Below are positions 14,010-28,757 of a stretch of 64,000 bases of DNA, in pieces. Source of the DNA: the human T2T-CHM13v2.0 reference genome, Homo sapiens. The position numbers and the translations under genes were made by a program. Positions within the stretch are counted from its first letter, which is position 1. Each line of letters begins with the position of its first letter. Location of the stretch: the NCBI RefSeq assembly GCF_009914755.1, contig NC_060945.1, one strand, 5' to 3'. The notes under the pieces are model-generated. The model was not told the DNA's origin and searched no databases. It was given only the letters and a program-made list of their open reading frames with translations.

Positions 14010-14307
14010 GCCTGGCACGATGGCTCATGCTTGTAATCCCAGAACTTTGGGAGGCCATGGTGGGCGGTTAACCTGAGGTCAGGAGTTTGAGACCAGCCTG
14101 GCCAACATGGTGAAACCCTGTCTCTACTAAAAAATACAAAAATTAGCCAGGCATGGTGGCAGGTGCCTGTAATCCCAGCTACTCAGGCGGCTGAGGCAGG
14201 AAAATTGCTTGAACCTGCAAGGCGGAGGTTGCAGTCAGCCAACATTGTGCCATTGCACTCCAGCTGGGGCAACAGAGCGAGACTCCATCTCAAAAAAAAA
14301 GAAAACA
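14010..14307 (+). mobile_element. AluSx/Sz-like, full length
   Basis: Two arms; 16-bp TSD AGAAAATGACCAGTGA (13994-14009 and 14308-14323). Confidence 0.95.
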
Positions 14308-15651
14308 AGAAAATGACCAGTGAAGGCAACACAAAAGGGATCAATGACGTCATCAATTACAGGATCATGCTCGATTATCTAAAACTCAGTTTGCCCTGTT
14401 GTAGGACTTGATCTTTCATAGAGATTGTTATTACAGAAGTACTTTAAGGACTTTAGAAATATGCCAGTAAAACACACACTTTTTTTAAAATTCATTCCAG
14501 AGATTTCCATTCCCCAATGAGGTCCTCATCAGAGTCATCAAAGGAGCAGCACATCCAAGAAAGTCCAAAAGAGATAGACTTTTTTTTAATGATGCATTAG
14601 AAAACCTGACCCCAACCCCTGCCTTTCTTTGTCTACTTTATCACATTTGTAGGTTTAGAAAAGTTTGTCTTTCAGTCTCAAAACTTTTGGAAAAAATAAT
14701 GTCCCACTGTCTTTCATATCAAAAAGAAACGACAAGTGTGTTGATCGTACAGAGCCAATCTCCTCTTCACATAATGAATAAAGAGAAGTTTCCATTCATT
14801 TGGCCACAAAACAGGTCATTTTCTTCAAAATGTACACACTAAAACAATAAATTAAACACTTATGCTTCCAAGGGAGAATAGAAAGATAAGAGCAGGAGAC
14901 ATATGTGTGTCTTGATGGTGGGTGCCGGTGTATCCTGGGAGCTTAACCCTCACTGCAGATTTAATATTCACAAAAGCCCATTGAGGTGGGTACTATCATC
15001 TCTGTCTAACGGTGAGAAGATCAAGAAACTAAGGCTTGGGGAGAATAAGTCATGAACACCAACTTCCCATGTTAGGAACGGTGGGTTCAGGGTAGAAATC
15101 TCAAAGTTCAGCTTTTCCCACCACACTTGAAAGGAATTAGTAGAAATTAATGGCTTTACAGACCTCACAGCCACCAGTTTTTTGCTGTGGGACCTCCCCT
15201 GTGTCTGTCCTCTCCACATGTCTTGTGTCAGGCCCTGGAGAAGCACAGGGTGCCGCTACCTCTTCACCTGCTGAGCAAACCCTGTCATTGAAGCAACCAG
15301 GTGCTCACACGTGTTGTGAACACAAGACTCCAATAAGGGGACACCTGTGTGTATCCAATTTTCTACCAGCAGCAGCTTATCCACTGGGCATGAAAGGGAG
15401 GAAAACTACTCAGCCAGTCATTAGGTAAATACTCACTGCTTATCTCAATGCAAAAAAACAAGCACCCTTCTGCAGGAGTAAAAGGAAGTGTGGAAAGGTG
15501 AAGAGAGCAAGGGGCAGGAAGCAGACAGTTCAGAATCAGGAGCCTTCTCTGCTTGTGTGGACAAGCTACTCACACTCTCTTAGCCTCGACTTTCCTATCT
15601 GTGAGTGGGACTGGCAATCAAACCACACTACTATAAAAAGGATACGTTTGC

Positions 15652-16100
15652 CCAAAATAGCCAACAGGTGGAAGCAAACAGGCGAATAGATAAACAAAAT
15701 GTGGTCTCTACATACAATGCAATATTATTCAGCCTTAAAAAGGAAAGCGCTTCTGACACAGGCTACACCATGGATAGTCCTTGACGGCATATTGCCGAGT
15801 GAAATGAGCTAGTCACAAAAAGACAAATACTGTATGATTTCAACTTACATGAGGCACCTGGAGGAATGAAGTCCATAGAGACAGAAAGTAGAATGGTGTT
15901 TGCCAGGGGCTGTAGGGAATGGGGAGTTAGGGTTTCACGCATAGCAAATTTCACTTTTGCAAGACAGAAACAGGCCTGGAGATGGATAGTGGGGATCGTT
16001 GCACAGCAGTGTGAATGTACCTAGTATCATAGAACTCTCCGTAAAAATGGTTAAGTTGGAACATTTTACATTATGTGTACTTTACCACAATGGAAATTAA
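15652..16100 (+). mobile_element. L1MB-type 3' end
   Basis: ATAAACAAAATGTGG...TATTATTCAGCCTTAAAAAGGAA...AGACAAATACTGTATGATT...GAGACAGAAAGTAGAATGGTG...TTTACCACAAT. Confidence 0.9.
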
Positions 16101-16436
16101 TAATGCTAAAAAAATAACATGTTTGCCATGATTCTGTCACTGTTGCTGAGGAGAAAAGAAACGCCTTGTACTGTGGACCCAATCAACTCAAATTAGAATC
16201 TCTTGGGATGGTGCCCAAGCACAGGCATGTTCTAGAGGCTCTATCACACCCACGCCAGAGCTGAGCATCACCCAACGAGCCGAGTGCTCAGGTCACGTTA
16301 GTGACTCATGTCCCTCAGCCTGACACTTACTCATGTTGCTGCAAAACAGCAGGATACATTGGGAGCACCCAGGCATCTGTGTGCATTGAATTAACTTTTA
16401 TTTAGCTCAACTCAAGAAACATTTCTTGCCTACCAA

Positions 16437-16610
16437 CAGGGCTGGCATCACAGGCACCTGCAGGTAGTGCCACAGCGGGCGCCCTCAGAAGGCCCTGCTC
16501 GTGGTTTAATGCTCAGTGGCTGCCATTTTGAAATTCTTAACGATTTTTGAACAAGGAGTCCTGCATTTTCCTTTTGTACTGTGGGCCCTGCAAATTGTGT
16601 ATTTGATTCT
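16437..16610 (+). mobile_element. hAT DNA transposon, MER91A-like
   Basis: CAGGGCTGGC...TGGTTTAATGCTC...TTGAAATTCTTAA..ATTTTTGAACAAGG...GGGCCCTGCAAATT. Confidence 0.65.
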
Positions 16611-17079
16611 GCCTACAAAACCAGATCCTGTTCTAGGCCTGGAGAAGCCAGAGATAAAAGGCAAAGTGGCTATGGAGAGGCCATAGGCTGCAGAATGCCC
16701 AGGGCAAGCTGAGGCCAACCCCATCAGGACCTCCTGGTCCACCACTCACCCCACCCCCTTCGCCTGGAGAGCCAGACATGGATTTGCCTGCAGAGGAGGG
16801 AGGAGGAGAACCCCTGACTGTGGGTGGATATAAACAAGCTCATGACGAGTGATAAGTAACATATGCAACAGGAACAATGATGCAAAACATCGGTGCACGT
16901 TGGGCTTTAGGACAGGGCAAAACTATACACAAAGCAGGCATCTAAGAAGCTAAGTTCTGAGTTCTCAGCTCACCCCATGCTCACTCTTCTTGCCAGCATT
17001 CATGGAACATCCACCATCGTGCACCGGAGTCCCCACAGCTTCCAGTCTCAATAAGCCATGGCCGCAAATAAGCACCACC

Positions 17080-17310
17080 AACCACTTACTGAAAGCTTCC
17101 TTCGTGCCAGGCACTGTGCTGAGTGCTTTATATAAGCAGCCGCAAGTGCTTCCCATCATGGCTTCCTAGCTGGCTATTAATTGAACTGTTTTACAGATGA
17201 GGACCAGGAATGATCAGAGAAACCAAGGAACTTTCCCAAGATTACGTAGCCAGTTAGCAGGTGATCAGATGTGAACTTGGGTCTTTTGCTTTGAAATCTG
17301 TAACTTTGCC
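17080..17310 (-). mobile_element. MIR
   Basis: GTGCCAGGCACTGTGCTGAGTGCTTTA...TTTTACAGATGAGGA. Confidence 0.65.
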
Positions 17311-18229
17311 CTTCAATGTAAAATACCCTTAGGTTGAACCACATGCAGTTGGTGTTTGGCCGAATATTGTCAATTTCATCAGGCAGCGTGTGATGCAGCT
17401 GAAACTGAGACCATCCATAAGCCCTGTGGGAGGCCAGTGAACCCACAGATAAATCCAGATCACTCCCTGTTCTGTAAATCAGCGTGCCGGGCAAACAGCT
17501 CTCTTAAGCAGGGAAATGAAGGGAATAAAGAACAAACAAGTGGGAAGCTCTGTAAGAACAATATCCTGTGAGCAAGCTGAATGAAAGCACCTGCCTTCCT
17601 CCCTCAGCCCAAGCCAGCTTGCTTAATAAATTAGATTGCTTGTTTGTTAGAAGCACCTTTTTAAAAGGTGAGTGTAGACAGCTGCTCTCCAGATAATGAC
17701 ACTAAGCAGAGCTGTTGCTACCAAGCCACGCTAGAGATAAGGCTGCTTTCCCAGAAATACATTTCGGGGCAGGGCAAATTGAAAGTGTGTACTTCTCAGG
17801 TAATAGGTAATAAACATTCCGTTTTGGAGCTTTCTATATTGAGCTTCTGCACCTGGTCGCTGGAAGGCTATGGTGTCAGCACCAAGCCTGCAGATTGCTT
17901 TGTATATCAGCCACCCCTGTTTTTCCCCAGTAAAATACCACTCCCGGCTTGGCCGCCAGCTCCTTCCTCTTTCTTGGTGGAAATCTACTGCTTTCTTAAA
18001 CTGGTGCATGGAAAATTACATGGTCAGCGCCACACTCGGGGCTAGAAAAGCACACATCCCACAGTGATTTCAAATGATCCAGCCTTTCATCATTAAAAAA
18101 TAAATTCTGTGGGCGAGGAGAAAAGAATCGTGAGGCCCCTAAGCAGGTGACTCATTTCAGACAGAAATGCCAAAGCCATTTCTGAACAGATGGGTTGACA
18201 GGACACTTAGCAAATGCTGCTTTTAATTC

Positions 18230-18900
18230 TTTCTTGCACTCATTCATTCATTCAACAAATATTCCCCCAGGCTTATGGAGCATGGGGCACCACTGTAGGC
18301 ACTGGGGAAGTAGCTGCCAAATACAAAATAAAACCCAAAAAATCCCTTCTTCCCTGGAGCTTCCACTCTACAGGTGGAGACAGAGAGGAAACAGATAAGG
18401 AAACTCTAAGAGTTATGGGGTAAAGACAGCTGGGGGGGCGGTGCGGGTGGAGGGGTTGCCTTGGTGGAAAGGTGATCTTAGAGCAAACAGGGAGAGAAGG
18501 TGCAGAGGGAGCTCTGTGGTTACCTGGGGGGAAAATGGTCCTTCTACGCAGAGGGAGTGGGAAGGGCCTAGGGGGAAGTAGGGCCAGCTTGAGCCTGGGA
18601 GCCGTGTGGCTGTGGGCATGGAGTAAATGGGGATGAGCAGGTGAGAGGTGAGGCAGGTACACTGAGGCCAGGTGGCCACCAGCAGCACCTTGACTTTGCC
18701 TCTGAGTGGGATGGCACTCACTGCTCTGTGCAAAGGAAAGTCATGACTGGACTTGCTTTTTGCCAGACACACTTTGAGGCCAAGAGGGAGCAGGGAGAGG
18801 AATGTTGACATCATTGAGGTGTAGGATGATGGAGTAAGAGATGGACATGGTGGAGTGGGAGCAGAGGCCAGGGTCTAGCTAGGTGTCAATGGGGATGTTA
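18230..18900 (-). mobile_element. L2 3' region
   Basis: CATTCATTCATTCAACAAATATT tail followed by a purine-rich antisense L2 body. Confidence 0.75.
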
Positions 18901-19880
18901 CTGACAGAAAGACTCTACGATTCCTCCAGGTGGGGCATACCCTCAACATCAGCCCATGGATGGATGTTCCCAGACCCCAGGAGTCTCACCATAAATTCTC
19001 CCTGGGACAGACTGTGGGTGGCAGTGGTCGCCATCTGTCCTTGGCTGACAGGTGCCCAGAGCTGTGGCAGTGTCATTCCCAGCAGCCCCAGGATTAGGCT
19101 GTTATCTCTGTTTACCAACAGGAAGAGACACTCGGTGGAGGATTCAAGCTGATACAGGAGCCGTGGATTGCCACCTGCCTCTTCTCCTATGCCTGTCATG
19201 AGTACACACACCAGTCCTGTCTGCTGGCCAAGCCCCCTTGCTCCCAGGTGGGAGAACAATGTGTAGAAGCACAAATTATAAACTGATTCTTGTGTTCTCT
19301 AAAGACAGTCTGTTTTTCAGATCATGATTAGGAATGAGTAAACGGTAAGTCTCAAAGTTTTCAGGGGCTTATTATACAGGGCCTATCAGAGTAAAAATAG
19401 AAATTACAACAGCCCAACATGGAAGAAAGTTTTCCTTCCTCACTCCCAAACTTCAAACAGAGTCCGAGGGTTAGGAGGTGGGCGTAGCTTTTTGGGGGGC
19501 CACAATTCAACCCATTCCAGCTAACTTGATTGAGTATTGATGCCTTTTAAACAAGCAATGGAGTGATCATCGGAGATGAAGAAGCAATTTAAGCTCAACC
19601 CTCAAATGCAAACCCTTCCAAAGCAAACATCCTAGGAGGTGCTACTTGAGTTAACCTCGGAGATGATTAACCTGGGTTTTGCACCACTGCCCTGAGCCAT
19701 TTTCCACAGAACAGAACAGAACAGAATTCTTTATTATGTTTCTCAAGATGCTACTTTTCTACACTGCAGTTATTTCAGGCATGACTCATGTTAAAATGAG
19801 TGTGATAAGATTTCTTGGTAAAACCCCTGGGAGGCTTTGAGTAGAGAGTTTTTAACAGTAGCTACCCCAAGCAAGGCAGC

Positions 19881-20319
19881 TGGAGTGGGTTGAATGGTTC
19901 CTCCCCAAAAGATCATCCCTGTCCTAACCCTTGGACTCTGACTGTGACCTTATTTGGAAAAAGAGAGTTTACAGATGTAACTAAGTTTGAGATCTCAAAA
20001 TGAGGTCACCCTGGATTACACAATGGGCCCTAAAGTCAATTACAGGCATCCTTATAAGAGACAGCAGAGAAGACACAGACACAGAGGGGAAGGCCATGTG
20101 AAGGCAGAGAATGGAGTGACGCAGCCACAAACCAAGCAATGCCTGGAGCCACCAGAAGCTGGAAGAGGCAAGGAAGGGACTCTTCTTCAGAGGGAGCAGG
20201 GCCCTGCCCACACCTTAGCTTCAGACTTCTAGCCTCCAGAACTGGGAGAGAAGAAATGTCTGTTGTTTGAAGCCACCCAGCTGTGGCACTTTATTACGGC
20301 AGCACGGGAAATGCATACA
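19881..20319 (+). mobile_element. MaLR LTR, MLT1C-like; an older MLT1 fragment follows at about 20320-20460
   Basis: GTGACCTTATTTGGAAA...GAAGGCCATGTGAAG...CACCAGAAGCTGGAAGAGGCAAGG...CCTCCAGAACTG. Confidence 0.85.
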
Positions 20320-21924
20320 GCCTCCAAAAGAGAATGAAGCCCTTCTGAGAGCTTGATTCCAGACATGCAAGACCCTGAGCCCACCGCGCCTGGGTTTCTG
20401 CCTACAGAACTGTGAGATAATCCATGGGTGTTGTTTTACGCCACTCCAATTGCAATAAGACAGTGAGGATGTCATGTGAGTGACCAGCAAGGCATGTGGC
20501 CCAACCAGACAGCCAGGGAAGGCCTTTAACGAGTAACTTGAGGCTGAGAGTGAGGTGGTGAGTTGTGGAGAAAGTCCCAGCTCAGGGTTCACTGTGGACC
20601 AACAGCTCTTTACTGTGGGGTACTACCTTCCTGGAGAATTTCCTGGAGAGTATAAGGCCTGACGTGGGCCTTCAAATATCTCAACAAGAACAATAAATCC
20701 CTCCAGAAAACCATATTACTCCACTTTCTTTCCAAAGGAAATTCAAGTCTGTTGAAATGCTTGCTCTAAAACAGTTTCCAGTGATATTAAACAAATTCGT
20801 GGCTCTCAGAATACCTTGGGTGATGATCAATAAGAGTTGTATGTGCTTTACATGCTGATAATCACACCTAACCCACAGCATTTGTCTGATGCCTAAGTGG
20901 GCTCAGATTTGCCCAAGGCTCTGGTCCAAGGACCTCTGAGGGACACAGCCTCGTCACTCAGACAGGAGAGCCCAACTCAGTGACAAACAAAGGCCAAGGG
21001 ATTCTGCACATGAAGACAAAACAGAGTCTTCCTTCTCAACTAGAGAATGGCTTATCTAAGAAAAAAATCAACTGGAGAGAAAAAAAAAGTGAGGATGTCA
21101 GCATTTAACAGGAATCTTGAAACTTTGACAGGAAGGGTGACCCTTTTCGGTCAATCTGAAATGTATGCAGACAGGTCACAGATATATTCCAAATACATTT
21201 TTTTAATTGCTAAATATGTTTAAAGAAGATTTTTAAAATAAAACTCATTGGACCAGTTTATACACTGCAAATTCATTACATTTTTCCAACCACGCAGAGC
21301 TAGGCTTAAACTCAACTATACTGAAGGTTAAACTCAACTATTACCAGTGTTATTCTATCCCAAAGAATGAGCCAGGTCTAAGCTGATGTTTCCTCCTGTT
21401 GTGACAATAAGAACTTTCCCCATTGTCTTGCACCTTTCCCCTTCTCGCTCCATTTCCACCTCTCCATCGCGCAGGGAAGGCAGATTAGAGTTCACTAGAA
21501 ACACAATACCTGAAACATAAAGGCCTCACACCTACCCGCCTAGGAGTACAGCTCAGATGATCTTTCTAATAAGGAGTGGCAATGGAGCTTGCAGGCCGAA
21601 GAAACTATAACTTGGGTGTGATTGACAAGAGCTTAGGCTAACACATGCCTGCTTCTATAATTATATTGTTTGTCTAGAGAGAAAAAACAAAAAAACAATA
21701 AATCATCCAGCGGTGCATGACTGGCTTAGTTCTCTGTCTCTCTCTCACTGGGAAACTCACGATGAAGTTCTTCCAGGAAGAGGTTGCAACCCCACCTGCC
21801 CACCATTCTCCATGACACCTGTCACTGACCAAGATGCAAGAAACACATGGGCCCCTGCAAAATCTCTCGATTCATTTTACTGTTTCTTGGTGAACTGACT
21901 TGTATTATCTCCCTTTTCGCTACC

Positions 21925-22700
<776 letters not shown>

Positions 22701-22879
22701 ACTGCATTTTGGCGAGCACAAAGCTGAGACATCTCACAAGAGTGATCCCTGATCTGGGATTTGAGAAGTATGGTCACTAGAAATCAGACAGAAATCTGCC
22801 CACCTGCACTGTGGGTGTCATCCCACTATTTAAACACCAGCTAAAAAGCTCTAGGGTGTCTGCAGATGCCATCAGCCCA

Positions 22880-23400
22880 ACTTCAATAATGACCATATCT
22901 ATGTGGGCCTGTGTGCTTACCCACTGCAAATCTAAACAGCTGTCACCAAAACATCCCAGATCCATCCCCTCTCTCTGCCCTACTGCTCCCCCTGGTCCAA
23001 GACACCACAGTCTCTCCTGGGGACACCTACAGCAGCTGCCTGAACAACCTTCCCACTTCCTGCTGGGCCTCCTGTAGCCCCTGGCCCATGCAGCAGCCTG
23101 TGGCCTCCCCAGAAGGTATACCCAGTCCCATCAGTTCCAGCTCAGAAGCCCCCACTGGCTTCCCAGAACATATGGAGTTAAATTCAAGGCTCAAGTGGCC
23201 TCACAGCCCTCATCCTATGGCCCTAGCTCCCTCTCCAACCCCATCTCACTCCTCACCTGCTTAGTTCATCCTCCCTATGCCCAGAGTTTTCTCTTCAGTT
23301 CTTCATATGATACTGGGTCTTCTTCAGGCCTCTGGCCCCAGCAGTTCCATCTGCTGAATCCACCTCCAGGCCTCACCTTTTTGGCCTGGGATGGAGTGTG
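22880..23400 (+). mobile_element. L2 fragment
   Basis: Pyrimidine-rich L2 body (CTACTGCTCCCCCTGGTCCAAGACACCAC...CTCAGAAGCCCCCACTGGCTTCCC). Confidence 0.55.
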
Positions 23401-23454
23401 TTGACTTTGATCACCAGCCATTCTATCCTCCTCCAAGGCAACTTATGACTGCCT

Positions 23455-24225
23455 TGAGGAAGCTGGATGTCATGTCCCCCCAGGTTTCACATACCGAAGT
23501 CCTAACCTCAAGTACCTTAGAATGAAACTGTATTTGGACATGGGGTCATTGCAGATGTAATTAGTTGAGATGAGGTCATCAGGGTGGGCTTTAATTCAAC
23601 ATGCTGGTGTGCTTATAAAAAGGGGAAACCTAGACATGGACACGCACACAGGGAGAACACCCTGTGAAGACAAAGGCAGGAATCGGAGCAATGTGTCTAC
23701 AAGCCAAGAAGCACCAAAGATGGCCAGCAACCCAGCAGAAGCTGGGAAAAGGCCTGGAGGAGATTCTCCTTCACAGCCTCAGGAAAACCAACCCAGCTGA
23801 CACTTTGGTCTTGTACTTCCAGCCTCCAGAACGATGAGACAAAAAATGTCTGTTTTGTTGTTGTTGTTGTTGTTGTTGTTGATGATGATGATGGAGTCTC
23901 ACTCTGTCACCAGGCTGAAGTGTAGTGGCATGATCTCGACTCACTGCAACCTCTTGCCTCCCAGGTTCAAGTGATTCTCCTGCCTTAGCCTCCGAGTAGC
24001 TGGGACTACAGGCATATGCCACCACACGCAACTAATTTTTTTGTATTTTTAGTAGAGTGGGGGTTTCACCATATTGGCCAGGATGGTCTCAATCTCTTGA
24101 CCTCGTGATCCACCCGCCTCGGCCTCCCAAAGTGCTGGGATTACAGGTGTGAGCCACTGCGCCAGGCCAAATGTCTGTTGTTTAAGCCGCCCAGTCTGTT
24201 ATGGCAGCTCTAGGGAGCTGATATG
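23455..24225 (+). mobile_element. MaLR LTR, MLT1C-like, interrupted by an Alu
   Basis: GAAGTCCTAACC...TGCAGATGTAATTAGTTGAGATGAGGTCAT...CCAGCCTCCAGAAC; resumes as GTTTAAGCCGCCCAG after the Alu. Confidence 0.85.
23855..24168 (-). mobile_element. AluSc-like with a (AAC)n(ATC)n tail
   Basis: GTCACCAGGCTG and GGATGGTCTCAATCTCTTGACCTCGTGATCC; TSD AAATGTCTGTT at 23844-23854 and 24169-24179. Confidence 0.95.
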
Positions 24226-24511
24226 CTGGGAAAGCTACCATCATATTTTCTGATCCCTTGCAAGGACTCTAGAAGAGTAGGCCCCCCCAACTCAACTCAA
24301 TGCCCTTGCGTAGGGTTTGGACGGTGGAGGTGAGTGGAAGCAGGCGGCTGTGTTGCTGCTTCTTGGCTGGTGCTCTTGGGTGGCCCAGCTGTGGCAGCAC
24401 TGGGGGTTCCTACAACAGTGTCAAGAGGCTTTGTTTTGTGAGTGTCATGAGGCAGTTCCCATGGCTACAGGCAGGCTGCTCCCAGACCCCTGGATCCAGC
24501 CTGTAACACAT

Positions 24512-24513
<2 letters not shown>

Positions 24514-24569
<56 letters not shown>
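24514..24569. repeat. (GT)28 microsatellite in the FLAM tail position
   Basis: 56 bp of uninterrupted GT. Confidence 0.97.
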
Positions 24570-24989
<420 letters not shown>

Positions 24990-25707
24990 CTGTCACACAT
25001 TCTTGAGCCAGTGGCTACTACCCCAGCTACTGGTTCCTGATTTTCCTGACAGCAGCAGTGAGCGCAGCTCCGGGCAGCCCACGGGGTGTGATTTGGGGAG
25101 CTGCTGTGGAGGCCCAGCCTTCTGAGGGATTCTGAAAGTACCTAATACCCTGCATTAAATCCTGTTCTGCTCAACTTAACCAGAAGGACAGCCTTTCCTG
25201 CAGGTGGACACTGGCAGCCTCACGTTTAGAAACAGATGCTGCTTTCCTCACGGACACCATCCACTCTTACACCACCCTCACTCTCACTGAGCTGTTTTCT
25301 ATTGCACTCACAGGTATTTAAATGTGCTGCGTTTACTCGTTTGTTTGTGTACTTATTGCCTGAATTGTGACCTCCATGGAAACATCGACCTTGTCACTGG
25401 GCCTCTCTTCCGACATCCTCATGCCTAGAACAGCGCTTGGTGCAGTGGCCGCTTTGGGGTATTTATGGAAGAAGAGAGAGAGAAAAGGAATTTCTAAGTT
25501 TGGCTTCTCCTTGAAGAAGCTTCCAAAGGCGTTTCTAGAACACTTAAAATATGTGAAAATAAGGGCTACCTAGGTTATATGTTAAATGAATTATGCTAAA
25601 GAAGACTCAGCAGTTGCTAACTTTTCTCGTCTGCTCTTAAATATCCCATTCTGCTGTTTCAAATTAGAAACTCAGAGTTCCAAAACAGTGAGATCGTTTA
25701 CTTCTTT

Positions 25708-25711
<4 letters not shown>

Positions 25712-25739
<28 letters not shown>
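25712..25739. repeat. (A)28 homopolymer
   Basis: Pure A run with no adjoining retroelement body. Confidence 0.95.
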
Positions 25740-25744
<5 letters not shown>

Positions 25745-25807
25745 TGGAATAACGGAAGTACTTTAAGAATCTATGGGGCAAGAATAGAAGCTAGTCATCG
25801 TTGTCTG

Positions 25808-26394
25808 TATAAACCAAAAATAAAATTCTAATGCCCCTCAGCTATCTGAACGGATCCCCCCTCTCGGCCAAGGGCCTTCCAGAGTTAACCTGAAAATCTA
25901 GTTCAGGCCAGGACGGGAAGTGGGGGTCAGACATGCCTCATCACCCCAACATCAACACAGACCTTCAGTCTGACAAGAAACATGTACAATATCTTGTTTC
26001 TGAAGCCTGCTACCTCGAGGCTTCCTCTGCATGATGAAACCTTGGTCTCCACAACCTTTCATCGTAACTCAGACATTCCTTTCTATTGATAGTAACTCTT
26101 TCAACCAATTGCCAATTGGAAAATGTTTACACGTGCTTATGACCTGGAAGTCACCCTGCCCCCGCCACCAACTTCGAGTTGTCCCACCCTTTCAGACAGG
26201 ACCAACGTACATCTCGCAAATATTGATTGATGTCTCATGTCTCCCTGCAATGTATGGAAGCAAGCTGTGCCCCACCATCTTGGGCACATGTCCTCAGGAC
26301 CTCCTGAGGCTGTGTCACGGGCGCATTCTTAACCTTGGCAAAATAAAACTTTCCAAATAGATTGAGACATGTCCCCGATACTTTTGGGTTCACG
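25808..26394 (+). mobile_element. ERV1 solo LTR, MER4B-like
   Basis: TAAACCAAAAATAAAATTCTAA start; CTTGGGCACATGTCCTCAGGACCTCCTGAGGCTGTGTCACGGG; AATAAA; 4-bp TSD TCTG (25804-25807 and 26395-26398). Confidence 0.85.
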
Positions 26395-26564
26395 TCTGTC
26401 ACTGAGATGGTAACTGTGGTCATTTGAATACCCCCTCACATTATCCTCATCTCGTCACAGCAGCCCTATTCATCTGGCAAATTGAGGGGGATCACTTGGA
26501 ATATTATGTTTTTATTAAAAATACGATTTTGGTTTTCTAAGAGATGCTCTGGGCTGCTCTAAAC

Positions 26565-26747
26565 CAGGGACTGCAGGGCCCACCTGTTTCTGCAAATGAG
26601 GTTTCATTGGCACTCAGCCAGGTCCATTTATTTACACATTGCCTAGGCTCCTTTCTAGAGCTGAGTTGTTGCGTCAGGGACCACATGGCCTTCAGAGCCT
26701 AAAATATTTACTCTCTGGCCCCTTAAGAAAATGTTTGTCAGCTCCTA
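26565..26747 (+). mobile_element. MER58A (hAT-Charlie MITE)
   Basis: GAGCCTAAAATATTTACTCTCTGGCCC; perfect 8-bp TSD CTCTAAAC (26557-26564 and 26748-26755). Confidence 0.9.
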
Positions 26748-26829
26748 CTCTAAACAAAACCCCTGGCCACATGGCCTCTGGCGCTGCGTAAGGTCTTTGC
26801 TGTGCCCTTTGCGGACACGGACACGCTAG

Positions 26830-27192
26830 GGATGAACTGACTCAGAGCCGGCCAGTTTCAGGCTCCTTCCTGGAGCGATAGGAACCTGTAATTCTCAGCC
26901 CATGTGACCAGTACTGGCCAATGAAATGCAAGCGGAACTGACCTGCGCCTCCAGGCTGAGGCAGTGAAACGCTCCTGAGCCTTTCCCCAGTCTCACTCTT
27001 CTCCCCTATGGCAACCAGCAAACTTCCAGAGAGCGGAGGCAGGGGCCCTGCACGGGGTAGAGCGCAGACTCCGCCACTGCCTACCTATGATGGGCTTGCA
27101 GTGAGCAAGAAATCAGCTGTTGCATATTATGGCACTGAGATTTTTAGGGTTGTTTGTTACAGCACGATAAGCCTAGCTCATTCTGACTAGGA
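26830..27192 (+). mobile_element. Old MaLR LTR, MLT1I/J-like
   Basis: CCATGTGAC...TGGCCAATGAAATGCAAGCGGAA...CACTGAGATTTTTAGGGTTGTTTGTTACAGCA..TAAGCCTAGC...TGACTA. Confidence 0.7.
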
Positions 27193-27454
27193 TGGTGGTC
27201 TTTTTGCTGTCATAATTAATTTCCATTTCTCAGGGTTTAAAAGGGTGCACTGCCCCCCCCCCCCGCAGATCTCAGGTGGGCATTTTTGAACTTAACTAGA
27301 TAACAAAACACAGCTAAGACAAGTCCTTTTCTCCAGCAAAGATGGCAATGCTCTAATAACTCTGAGCATATTAAAGATTCTCCAAGACTCTAGCCTCTGC
27401 TGCAAAAACACATACAAATACCTACTACTACTGCTGCTGTGATGATGATGATGA

Positions 27455-27670
27455 CAGCAATAGTGAGAATATTTTAAATATGCCAGGCACGGTGGCAACT
27501 GCTTTCCAAATATTATCATATTTAATCTGATCATTGCCCTATGAGGTAGGGAGTATTCTGATTCCCATTTTATAAATAAGGAACCCGAGGCTTAGAGAGC
27601 ATCAGTGACTTGTTCAAGGTCACCCACAGCTGTCAAGTGACAGAACTTCGATAAAAATCCAGACTCCTTT
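27455..27670 (-). mobile_element. MIR
   Basis: TATGCCAGGCAC...CCCTATGAGGTAGG...CCCATTTTATAAATAAGGAACCCGAGGCTTAGAGAG...TGACTTGTTCAAGGTCAC. Confidence 0.85.
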
Positions 27671-28014
27671 AATGGAGTATGGAGGGAGGTCAGAAAACAT
27701 AGGAAGTAAGGGATTGTGATTGACAATGTGTCCTTGCAAAGGGACAGGTTAAGAGACACAAGGGCAGCTGTCTGAGGTGTGCCATTCACCAGCTTCAGGA
27801 GAGAAGTGGCAGGCTACCTCCAGCTATCCAGCCCTATCCAGCCAAGGAAGCTTGGGAGACATGTTAGTTCCCGCCTTCATTTCCATCAGCAACCTCAAAG
27901 CCACCCCTTGATATGATGAAAATAACATTGTTTGATAAAGAGTTGATATTCTCAATCTTATGAAAATGTGGATTAAAGCATCTTACTGATTTATTTAATC
28001 TGAAACAAAACAGC

Positions 28015-28757
<743 letters not shown>

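Noticed and set aside
27253-27264. C12 run as a G-quadruplex element
   Set aside because: Isolated short homopolymer with no supporting context
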